DNA of 61,231 bases, from assembly GCA_934096715.1 (NCBI GenBank), contig CAKOMQ010000005.1, forward strand, positions 1 to 61,231, read 5' to 3'. The notes beneath the pieces are model-generated. The model saw nothing but the letters and a program-made list of their open reading frames with translations, was not told the DNA's origin and searched no databases. Shown one piece after another: positions 9,296 through 17,717 of this stretch. Positions within the stretch are counted from its first letter, which is position 1; each line of letters opens with the position of its first letter. The translations under genes and the position numbers were made by a program. This stretch comes from an uncultured Bacilli bacterium (GTDB lineage Bacteria > Bacillota_I > Bacilli_A > RF39 > UBA660).

Positions 9296-10224
9296 TGAAA
9301 AAAGTATTATTAAATTTAATTTTATTACTTTCCGTTTTTGCATTTGCAACCAATGTTAATGCAAGTGGTTTTGAAGCAAATATTATAGGAGATGATACTT
9401 TTAATGAGAGTATAACACTTTATCTTCAAGTTGATAATATGGTTGACTTTTCAGGAGCATGTAAAGGATTATGTGGCTTAGTAGGTAATTTAAATTATGA
9501 TTCAAATAAAATAGAATTATCATCTGTAAAAGCACTAAAACACTTTGATTTAACTCAAGGAGCTTCACTTGTACTTTATAAAAATACTGGTGTTGCAAAC
9601 AAGTCAAATATAATGGAAATGAAGTTTAAAAACAAATCTTTAATAAAAGATGAAACTACGAAAATAACACTTACAAATATAGTTGCTACTGATGGAGATA
9701 AAGATATCAGTACTGATGATGCATCAAAAACAATTAAATTTGTAAACAAAACGATAACTAATGAAAAAAATATCATATCATCAAAAAATAAAAGTACTAA
9801 CACATCAAAAAAGTCAAATAATAATTATTTGTCATCAATTAGTTTAAGTTCAGGGGACATTAAATTTAGTAAAGAAATCCTAACTTATAACATCGAAGTG
9901 GATTATGAAATATCTTCACTTGATATAAAAGCAGAAAGTGAAAACAATAAGGCAACAATTACCGGAATAGGTAACCATTCTTTAAATGTTGGAAAAAATG
10001 TCTTTAAAATAGTAGTTAAAGCTGAAGATAAAAGTTCGAGAGTGTATACATTAAATGTTACTCGTAAAGAAAAAGATTCTTCAACTAATAGTGATATTCT
10101 TAACAATAAAAAAACAGCAAATGATAATAATCGCACTGTAATTATTGTTGTACTTTCTATAATAGTCATTGCAGGAATAACTAGCATTGTTATTTGGAAG
10201 AAAAAAAAAGAAACTAGCATGTAG
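9295..10224 (+). CDS. C-terminally membrane-anchored protein: cohesin-like N-domain plus cadherin-like beta-sandwich domain
   Basis: Signal peptide present. LNYDSNKIELSSVKA is a cohesin-like core. NNYLSSISLSSGDIKFSKEILTYNIEV...YTLNVTRK is a cadherin-like pattern. C-terminal TM segment plus KKKK. The start overlaps the stop of the dockerin gene. Confidence 0.5.
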   Translation: MKKVLLNLILLLSVFAFATNVNASGFEANIIGDDTFNESITLYLQVDNMVDFSGACKGLCGLVGNLNYDSNKIELSSVKALKHFDLTQGASLVLYKNTGVANKSNIMEMKFKNKSLIKDETTKITLTNIVATDGDKDISTDDASKTIKFVNKTITNEKNIISSKNKSTNTSKKSNNNYLSSISLSSGDIKFSKEILTYNIEVDYEISSLDIKAESENNKATITGIGNHSLNVGKNVFKIVVKAEDKSSRVYTLNVTRKEKDSSTNSDILNNKKTANDNNRTVIIVVLSIIVIAGITSIVIWKKKKETSM

Positions 10225-10266
10225 GCAAATGCTTATATGCTTTTTTCTTGTTATAATATTTGGAAA

Positions 10267-10959
10267 CTACAGATTATTCTTACTTTTAATAAATTCTCTT
10301 AATATTTTAGTTAAAGCTCTTTTTTCTATTCTAGAAACATAACTTCTAGATATATTTAATTCTTTAGCTATTTCTTTTTGGGTCATGTCTTTCTTATTAT
10401 TAAGGCCATATCTTTTGATAATAATTTCTTTTTCTCTAGGCGATAAAATACTTAAATATTTAATTAATAATTCAATATTATTTTTATTATGAATAGTATC
10501 TATGATATCAGGTTGTTTATCTTCTATTAAATCTTCTAAATTAATTTCATTTCCTTCTTTATCAAATCCAATTGAGTCATTCAAAGAAACTGTATATTGA
10601 TTTTTCTTACTAGCTCTAAAGTGCATAAGTATTTCATTTTGAATACATCTTGCTGCATAAGTAGTAATCTTAGTAGTAGGATTTTTCTTATATGTATCAA
10701 TTCCCTTGATTAATCCAATAGTACCAATACTTATAAGATCATCACTAATTGTTCCTTTATTATCAAATTTTTTTACTATATGAGCAACTAGTCTTAAATT
10801 ATGTTCAATTAATTTACTACGAGCTTCCTTATCTCCTTCTAGCATCTTATCAACTAACATTTCTTCTTCTTCTTTTTCAAGTGGAGGTAAGAAAACATTA
10901 ACCCCATAACTACCAGTAAAAAATAGCATTCCTTTAATAATTGCTATTAAATTTAGCAT
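10267..10959 (-). CDS. sigK: Sporulation sigma factor, pro-sigma-K type
   Basis: LIEHNLRLVAHIVKKF, ISIGTIGLIKGI, YAARCIQNEILMHFR and ISRSYVSRIEKRAL closely match B. subtilis SigK. An N-terminal pro-sequence is present. The gene is uninterrupted. Confidence 0.85.
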   Translation of the reverse strand: MLNLIAIIKGMLFFTGSYGVNVFLPPLEKEEEEMLVDKMLEGDKEARSKLIEHNLRLVAHIVKKFDNKGTISDDLISIGTIGLIKGIDTYKKNPTTKITTYAARCIQNEILMHFRASKKNQYTVSLNDSIGFDKEGNEINLEDLIEDKQPDIIDTIHNKNNIELLIKYLSILSPREKEIIIKRYGLNNKKDMTQKEIAKELNISRSYVSRIEKRALTKILREFIKSKNNL

Positions 10960-11039
10960 TACATCACATCCTAATAAAGTATATTCTTAAAACTTGAAAA
11001 AAATATGATATAATTAGGTGGTAAAGAGAAGGTGAAAAA

Positions 11040-13586
11040 ATGACAAAAGTTATCTTAGTTGATGGTAATAATTTAATGTTTAGATCATTCTATGCTACTA
11101 TCCATTCTGGTCAAATTATGAAAAGTAGTAAAGGAGTACCAACCAATGCCTTATTTGGATTTACTAATATGATTAACAAAATAATAGATCAAGAAAAACC
11201 TGAGTATATGTGTGTAGCTTTTGATATAGGGAAAAATTTTCGTAAACAAGAATACGATTTTTATAAAGAAGGTCGTGAGTCTACTCCGGATGAATTAAAA
11301 ATTCAAATGAAACTTGCTCATGATATTCTTGATGTAATGGGAATAAAGCATGTTGAAATGGAACCATATGAAGCTGATGATATTATTGGTACAGTTGTAA
11401 ATATGGCTGAGAAAGACCCTAAATACGAATCAGTTATTATTTCTAGTGATAAAGATTTACTTCAACTAATTAGTGATGAAACGGAAGTTAAATTATTAAA
11501 ACAAGTAGGTAATATTAGATATAATAAATCTAAGTTTATTGAAGACTATGGAATTGATCCAATTAAAATTATTGATTTAAAAGCACTGATGGGAGATAAA
11601 AGCGATAATATTCCAGGCGTTAGGGGAATTGGCGAAAAGACAGCATTGAAATTATTACAAGAATATAAAGATTTAGATGGAGTATATAATAATCTAGATA
11701 AATTAACTCCTAAAATAAGACAATACTTAACTGAAGATAAAGAAAGCGCTTATATGAGTAAAAAAATAGCTACTATTTATAGAGAAGTACCACTTGATTG
11801 TAATTTTGAAGATTTTAAATACCTTGGACCAGACATAGATAAGTTATTGAAATTATATGATGAATTAGAATTTTTCTTCTTCTTAAAAAGATATAAAAGA
11901 GAAGAAAAAGTTGATACTAGTTTTATAACTATAAATAATGTTGATGAACTAATACTTGATAACTTTATATCAATTTATCTAGAAGTATCTGATAGTAACT
12001 ATCATATTGGAGAAATACTCGGTATGTCTATAACAGATAAAAATAATACATACTATATTAAGAAAGAATTAATTAATGAAGTACTTCCTTTAATTAAAAA
12101 TAAAGAAATAATCACTTATGATTTAAAGAAACATCTAGTTAAATTAGGAAAGATTAACTGTAATTTTGATTTGATGATTGCCGCTTATCTTCTTAACTAC
12201 AATATAAAAGATGACATTGGTGTTCTTATGAGTAGCATGGGATATGAAGTTACATATTATGATTTATTTAAGAAAAGTAAGTTTGAAAACTTAGAAAGTG
12301 TATGTTCTAAAAAGAGTAAATTTATCTTTAATGTTTATGAAATAATTAAAGAAAGACTTGAAAAAGAAGATCATATGTATTTATTCAATAAAATAGAGAT
12401 GCCTTTAATAGAAGTATTAACTGATATGGAATTAACTGGATTTAAAGTAGAAGACTCAATTTTAGAAAAAATGACTAAAGATATTGAAGCAAAGATAGAT
12501 ATAGTCAGTAGAGATATATTTAACTTAACTGGATGTGTTTTCAATATAGCTAGTCCTAAACAACTAGGAGAAGTCTTATTTGATAAACTTGAACTAGGTA
12601 AAGGTATAAAGAATAGAAGTGGATATAAAACTGATGTTAAGACACTTCAAAAACTTGTAGATGTTCATCCTGTTATTAATAAAATATTTGAATATAGAAA
12701 TCTTACTAAGATTAAAGGTACTTACTTAGATGGTTTAAGAAGTTATATCTTAAGTGATGGTAAAATACATACTATATTTAATCAAACACTTACAAGAACT
12801 GGTAGACTATCAAGTATGGATCCTAACTTACAAAATATTCCTGTAAGAGAAGAGTTAGGAAGAAAAGTAAGAATTGCTTTTGTTCCAGAAAATGATTATA
12901 TTTTAAGTAGTGATTACTCCCAAATAGAATTAAGACTTATGGCTCATATTAGTGACTCAAAAGAATTAAAAGATGCATTTATTCATGGAGAAGATATCCA
13001 TCGTAAAGTAGCTAGTGATATATATGGTGTACCACTTGAAGACGTAACAAAGAATATGCGTTCTACTGCTAAAGCAGTTATATTCGGGATTATTTATGGT
13101 ATCAGTGGTTATGGTTTAGGGGAAAACTTAAATATAAGTAAAAGTGAAGCCGATGAATTTATAAAAAAATATTATGAATTATATCCAGGTGTAAAAAAAT
13201 ATATGGATGATACCATTAGAACTACTAAAGAAACAGGATATGTAAAAACACTGTTTGGAAGAGTTAGAAAGATAGATGAAATAAAAAATTCTAATTTTAT
13301 GGTTCGTCAAATGGGAGAAAGAATGGCTCTAAACACTCCAATTCAAGGAACAAGTGCTGATATTATGAAACTTGCTATGATTAACATTTATAATAAATTT
13401 AAAGAATTAAATATTCAAAGTAAAATGATTTTACAAGTACATGATGAAATACTTGTTGATACTAAAAAAGAAGAATTAGAGTTGGTTAGTAAAATAGTTA
13501 AAGAAGAAATGGAAAATGTCTATAAACTAAGTGTACCATTAAAAGCTGAAGTAGATTATGGTATTAACTGGTATGAAGCAAAGTAG
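11040..13586 (+). CDS. polA: DNA polymerase I
   Basis: 5' nuclease domain (LVDGNNLMFRSFYA) and polymerase motifs (DYSQIELR, QVHDE). Confidence 0.97.
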   Translation: MTKVILVDGNNLMFRSFYATIHSGQIMKSSKGVPTNALFGFTNMINKIIDQEKPEYMCVAFDIGKNFRKQEYDFYKEGRESTPDELKIQMKLAHDILDVMGIKHVEMEPYEADDIIGTVVNMAEKDPKYESVIISSDKDLLQLISDETEVKLLKQVGNIRYNKSKFIEDYGIDPIKIIDLKALMGDKSDNIPGVRGIGEKTALKLLQEYKDLDGVYNNLDKLTPKIRQYLTEDKESAYMSKKIATIYREVPLDCNFEDFKYLGPDIDKLLKLYDELEFFFFLKRYKREEKVDTSFITINNVDELILDNFISIYLEVSDSNYHIGEILGMSITDKNNTYYIKKELINEVLPLIKNKEIITYDLKKHLVKLGKINCNFDLMIAAYLLNYNIKDDIGVLMSSMGYEVTYYDLFKKSKFENLESVCSKKSKFIFNVYEIIKERLEKEDHMYLFNKIEMPLIEVLTDMELTGFKVEDSILEKMTKDIEAKIDIVSRDIFNLTGCVFNIASPKQLGEVLFDKLELGKGIKNRSGYKTDVKTLQKLVDVHPVINKIFEYRNLTKIKGTYLDGLRSYILSDGKIHTIFNQTLTRTGRLSSMDPNLQNIPVREELGRKVRIAFVPENDYILSSDYSQIELRLMAHISDSKELKDAFIHGEDIHRKVASDIYGVPLEDVTKNMRSTAKAVIFGIIYGISGYGLGENLNISKSEADEFIKKYYELYPGVKKYMDDTIRTTKETGYVKTLFGRVRKIDEIKNSNFMVRQMGERMALNTPIQGTSADIMKLAMINIYNKFKELNIQSKMILQVHDEILVDTKKEELELVSKIVKEEMENVYKLSVPLKAEVDYGINWYEAK

Positions 13587-13592
13587 GTAATT

Positions 13593-14405
13593 ATGCCAGA
13601 AATAGCTGAAGTAGAAACAGTTAGAAGAACGCTTCTAAAAAGAATTATTCATAAAAAGATAACTAGTATAGATATAATTTATCCTGGTATAATAGAAAAT
13701 GATCTTAACTATTTTAAAGAAAACCTTATTAATGATGAATTTATAGATATAAAAAGAATAGGTAAGTGGTTAATATTTGAAACTAATAATAAGTATTTAT
13801 TATCTCATTTAAGAATGGAAGGCAAATATTTTATTAAAGATAAAAATTTACCTATTGAAAAACATGAACATATTATATTCTATTTTGATGACTCAAGTAC
13901 ATTAAGATATCATGATACTAGAAAATTTGGTAAGATGCTTCTTATTAATAAAGAAGAACTATATACTACTAAAGAAATATCTAAGCAAGGCATTGAACCA
14001 TTATCAAATAAATTATCTTCTACTTATTTATTAGATAATTTTAAAAATAAAAAGATACCTATTAAAACTGTTTTACTTGATCAAACTATAATAAGTGGAT
14101 TAGGCAATATTTATGCTGATGAAGTGTTATTTTCATCTAATATTAATCCATTAAAAAAAGCTTGTGATATTACTAAAGATGAAGCAGATAGAATAATTGA
14201 TTCATCTAATTCAATAATATCAAAAGCAATTGAATGTGGTGGTACTACTATTAAAAGTTATACATCTAGCCTAGGAGTATATGGTAGTTATCAAGAGTAC
14301 TTGTGTGTTCATAGGAAAACTATTTGTCCTACATGCAATTCTAAAATAGAAAGAATTAAAGTGGGTGGAAGGAGTACTTACTTCTGTCCTAATTGTCAAA
14401 AATAA
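13593..14405 (+). CDS. mutM: Formamidopyrimidine-DNA glycosylase
   Basis: N-terminal MPEIAEVETVRR and a C-terminal CxxC...CxxC zinc finger. Confidence 0.95.
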   Translation: MPEIAEVETVRRTLLKRIIHKKITSIDIIYPGIIENDLNYFKENLINDEFIDIKRIGKWLIFETNNKYLLSHLRMEGKYFIKDKNLPIEKHEHIIFYFDDSSTLRYHDTRKFGKMLLINKEELYTTKEISKQGIEPLSNKLSSTYLLDNFKNKKIPIKTVLLDQTIISGLGNIYADEVLFSSNINPLKKACDITKDEADRIIDSSNSIISKAIECGGTTIKSYTSSLGVYGSYQEYLCVHRKTICPTCNSKIERIKVGGRSTYFCPNCQK

Positions 14406-14603
14406 AAGAATGTTCATTTATCCGGAACATTCTTTTAAATTGTCGATTGATTGTCGAAAAAAGGCGAACGTTTTTTCTTGACTTTTATTGATTACTGAAT
14501 TAGGATATATAACTAAGCGAGCAGGTGTTGTGGCTTGTATCACCAAACTATCAGGGGGTTTTGGAACTTCGGTTTTAATTCATTACTGGGAGGAGATGAT
14601 ACG

Positions 14604-14729
14604 ATGAAATTAAGGCTTAAATATAAGTTATTAAAAGTAGCCTTTTGGTTAGTCATTTTGTATATTCATCTTGGTCTAATCAAAAAAGCCATCGACTATG
14701 TCGATAGCTTATTCACAATAATGGTATAA
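14604..14729 (+). CDS. 41-aa hydrophobic peptide, candidate type I toxin (MKLRLKYKLLKVAFWLVILYIHLGLIKKAIDYVDSLFTIMV)
   Basis: Strong SD GGGAGGAG 8 nt upstream. Promoter TTGACT at 14478. One predicted TM helix. The paralog at 15102 differs by synonymous changes in the first 28 codons. Confidence 0.6.
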   Translation: MKLRLKYKLLKVAFWLVILYIHLGLIKKAIDYVDSLFTIMV

Positions 14730-14755
14730 GTGAAACACACCTGCTCGCTTTACCT
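14682..14755 (-). ncRNA. Candidate antisense sRNA (antitoxin-like), convergent with the peptide gene
   Basis: Minus-strand promoter TTGATA (14785-14790 on the plus-strand scale), 17-nt spacer, TATACT (14762-14767). Minus-strand terminator GCTATCGAC-ATA-GTCGATGGC plus TTTTTT (14682-14708). Confidence 0.55.
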
Positions 14756-15101
14756 AAATTAAGTATACACAATAAATTGTAAAATATCAATCATAAATTT
14801 GTATAGAAAGTCAATACATGAACAAGGAGCCAATTTTATAAGTATCAATGAGTTAAAAAAGTTGAAACTGTTAAAATTGGGAGATCCTAATTGCCAAAAA
14901 TAATAGAATGTTCATTTATCTGAAACATTCTTTTAAATTGTCGATTGATTGTCGAAAAAAGGCGAACGTTTTTTCTTGACTTTTCTTGATTACTGAATTA
15001 GGATATATAGCCAAGCGAGCAGGAGTTGTGGCTTGTATCACCAAACTATCAGGGGGTTTTGGAACTTCGGTTTTAATTCATTACTGGGAGGAGATGATAC
15101 G

Positions 15102-15209
15102 ATGAAATTAAGGCTTAAGTATAAGTTATTAAAAGTAGCCTTTTGGTTAGTCATTTTGTATATACATCTTGGTCTAATCAAAAAAGTCATCGACTTTTTT
15201 GGTCGATAA
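15102..15209 (+). CDS. 35-aa hydrophobic peptide, paralog of the 14604 ORF (MKLRLKYKLLKVAFWLVILYIHLGLIKKVIDFFGR)
   Basis: Same SD and spacing. Promoter TTGACT at 14976. The aaa>aag and att>ata changes are synonymous. The C-terminus diverges. Confidence 0.55.
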   Translation: MKLRLKYKLLKVAFWLVILYIHLGLIKKVIDFFGR

Positions 15210-15258
15210 CTTATAGCAAGTTATAGGTATAAGTGAAACACACTTGCTCGCTTTACCT
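15180..15258 (-). ncRNA. Candidate antisense sRNA, second copy
   Basis: Minus-strand TTGATA (15288-15293), 17-nt spacer, TATACT (15265-15270). The terminator stem is conserved, with a different loop (CAAAAAA) plus a T-run. Confidence 0.5.
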
Positions 15259-15372
15259 AAATTAAGTATACACAATATCTTGTAAAATATCAATCATAAA
15301 TTATTTGTCTAAAAAATGTAAATAAGGTTTAATTAAATACTAAAGGGTGTTATAATTTATATTGTGAGTGTT

Positions 15373-16473
15373 ATGGAAAAAATAATAAAAAATATCTTAA
15401 AGAAAATAGAAAGTAACGGCTTTGAAGCTTACATAGTTGGGGGATATGTAAGAGATTTATTGTTAGGAAATATTTCTTATGATGTTGATATTTGTACTAA
15501 TGCATTACCAAAAGATTTACATACAATTTTTCCAAACACAGGTAACTCCAATAACTATGGGGGCTTTAAATTAAAAATAAAAAAATATAATATTGATATT
15601 ACAACATATAGAGAAGATGTTAAATATGAAAACAGAAAACCAATAGAAATAAATTATATAAACAATTTAATAGATGACATTAATAGAAGAGACTTTACTA
15701 TTAACGCTATATGTATGAATTATAATGGAGATATTATTGATATGATAAATGGTATTGACGATATAAAAAGTAAAACTATTAGAATAATTGGAGATGCCAA
15801 TAGAAAACTAAAAGATGACCCATTAAGAATATTAAGAGCAATAAGATTTTCTACTCTACTAGATTTTGATATTGAAAGTACTCTATATAAATCTATAAAA
15901 GATAATTATAAGTTAGTTAGCACATTATCTAACGAAAGAATTAAAAGTGAATTAACAAAAATACTAATGAGTCCTAATTATAAAAAAGGTTTAAGTATTC
16001 TTAAAGATACTAAAATATTAAAAGTACTTGGAATAGATTATCATAATATTGTTTATATAAATGATATAAATGGAATGTGGGCTCAACTTGAATTTAATAA
16101 AGACTTTTCATTTACAAAGAGTGAAAAGGAGAATATAATAAAGATTAAAGAAGTCCTTGCTATAGGTAAAATAGATAATAGAATATTATATAACTATGGA
16201 CTTTATATCTCTCAAATAGCAGGTAATATACTTGGCTATTCTAAAAAGGATATAAATAATATGTTTGATAAGCTTAATTTACCAAATAAGTATGAATTAG
16301 CAATAAAGAGTAAAGAAATAAAAGAAATATTGGATGTTGACTATAAATATATTAGCAAAATAGAAAATAAAATTATTAACTTAATATTAGATGGTAATTT
16401 AAAAAATGATTATAAATTATTAAAAAAATATTTAGTTAATAATAAAGAGGTGTTTAAGGGTGGGCAATTATAA
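15373..16473 (+). CDS. cca: CCA-adding tRNA nucleotidyltransferase
   Basis: GGYVRDLLLG...DVDICT nucleotidyltransferase motif and RRDFTINA. Start trimmed to ATG 15373. Confidence 0.85.
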   Translation: MEKIIKNILKKIESNGFEAYIVGGYVRDLLLGNISYDVDICTNALPKDLHTIFPNTGNSNNYGGFKLKIKKYNIDITTYREDVKYENRKPIEINYINNLIDDINRRDFTINAICMNYNGDIIDMINGIDDIKSKTIRIIGDANRKLKDDPLRILRAIRFSTLLDFDIESTLYKSIKDNYKLVSTLSNERIKSELTKILMSPNYKKGLSILKDTKILKVLGIDYHNIVYINDINGMWAQLEFNKDFSFTKSEKENIIKIKEVLAIGKIDNRILYNYGLYISQIAGNILGYSKKDINNMFDKLNLPNKYELAIKSKEIKEILDVDYKYISKIENKIINLILDGNLKNDYKLLKKYLVNNKEVFKGGQL

Positions 16474-17086
16474 GTTAGTAATAACAACCGATTTATTAGA
16501 TTATTCTATGAAAAAAGAACTTTCATTATATGAGTTAATATTATTAACTTATTTTGATAATTCTTATGATTTAACATTTGATTTAGATATTATAACAAGA
16601 GTAACTAGTTTAGACAAAGTAAAAATACTTGAAGCATTTAATGGATTATTAAATAAAAAAATTATAAATTTAACTAGTGAAAAAGATAATAGTGGAAAAA
16701 TAATAGACAAAATATCTTTAGATAATTTATATAACGATCATAAAGAAATTGAAAGAAAAAAAGAACAAGAAAAAACTAAAGAAGATATCTTTAGTAAATT
16801 TGAATCTTTTTTTGGTCGTCCATTATCTAGTAGTGAGATAGAAATAATTAAATTATGGATGGAAAAGTTATATTCTGAAGAAATTATTTTATGTGCATTA
16901 GATGAAGCTAATTATAATGGGGTTGCCACTATAAGATATATTGATAAGGTATTACATGAATGGAATAAAAAAGGATTTAAGACTAAAGAAGATGTAGATA
17001 ATTATTTAAAAAATAGATATGATGAAAAAAGATTAGAAGAAACTAATATTTTTGATTATAATTGGTTGGAAGATTATGACAAGTAA
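16460..17086 (+). CDS. dnaD: DnaD-domain replication initiation/membrane attachment protein
   Basis: C-terminal DnaD/DnaB_2-like FGRPLSSSEIEIIKLWME...IRYIDKVLHEWNKKG. Lies upstream of nth, as in Bacillus. Confidence 0.65.
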   Translation: MGNYKLVITTDLLDYSMKKELSLYELILLTYFDNSYDLTFDLDIITRVTSLDKVKILEAFNGLLNKKIINLTSEKDNSGKIIDKISLDNLYNDHKEIERKKEQEKTKEDIFSKFESFFGRPLSSSEIEIIKLWMEKLYSEEIILCALDEANYNGVATIRYIDKVLHEWNKKGFKTKEDVDNYLKNRYDEKRLEETNIFDYNWLEDYDK

Positions 17087-17699
17087 AGATTTGATGAGTA
17101 TATTGGATGATTATATAAAGAATCCAAAATGTGAACTTAACTATAATAAAGATTATGAACTACTAATCGCAACACTATTGTCTGCTCAATCAACAGATAA
17201 AAGAGTAAACTTAGTAACTAAAGAACTTTTTAGTAAATATGATACTCTTGATAAGTTAGCAAATGCTAATATATTAGATATAGAAAATATAATTCATTCT
17301 GTAGGAACATACAAAAGAAAAGCACATTATATAAAAGATTTAGCTAACTCTTTAGTTAAAGATTATAACGGTATTGTTCCAAATGACAGAGAGTATTTAG
17401 AAAGCTTACCAGGTGTAGGAAGAAAAACAACTAGTGTATTTTTAGCAGAAATATATAATGTTCCTACAATGCCTGTTGATACTCATATACTAAGAGTATC
17501 CAAAAAATTAGGAATTACAACAAATGAAGATGATGTACTTTCGACAGAAAAGAAATTAAAGAATTTTTTTCCAGAAACGTCATGGAATAGGTTGCATCTC
17601 CAGTTAGTACTTTTTGGTAGATACACTTGTAAAAGTAAAAATCCAGATTGTTTGAGATGCCCATTTAATAAAAATTGTAATTATAAAATAATTAAATAG
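17076..17699 (+). CDS. nth: Endonuclease III
   Basis: LLSAQSTDKRVN, an HhH-GPD region (LPGVGRKT), and a C-terminal Cx6Cx2Cx5C cluster. Confidence 0.93.
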   Translation: MTSKDLMSILDDYIKNPKCELNYNKDYELLIATLLSAQSTDKRVNLVTKELFSKYDTLDKLANANILDIENIIHSVGTYKRKAHYIKDLANSLVKDYNGIVPNDREYLESLPGVGRKTTSVFLAEIYNVPTMPVDTHILRVSKKLGITTNEDDVLSTEKKLKNFFPETSWNRLHLQLVLFGRYTCKSKNPDCLRCPFNKNCNYKIIK

Positions 17700-17717
17700 A
17701 AAGCGTGAAATATTAAA

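Larger units (their letters stand above)
14350..15305. repeat. Tandem duplication, period ~498 bp. Each unit holds a mutM 3' end or its relic, a terminator, a small-peptide gene and an antisense sRNA gene.
   Basis: GAATGTTCATTTATC occurs at 14408 and again at 14906. Near-identical blocks cover 14404-14800 and 14902-15303. A relic of the mutM 3' end (CCTAATTGCCAAAAATAA) lies at ~14866-14903. Confidence 0.9.

Noticed and set aside
10267-10959. A skin-like intervening element in sigK.
   Set aside because: The ORF is continuous from the pro-sequence to region 4.2 (ISRSYVSRIEKRAL).
14535-14729. The 64-aa TTG-start version of the small peptide ORF.
   Set aside because: The strong SD GGGAGGAG sits 8 nt before the internal ATG at 14604. 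The upstream part is not conserved as coding in copy 2 and overlaps the structured 5' UTR.
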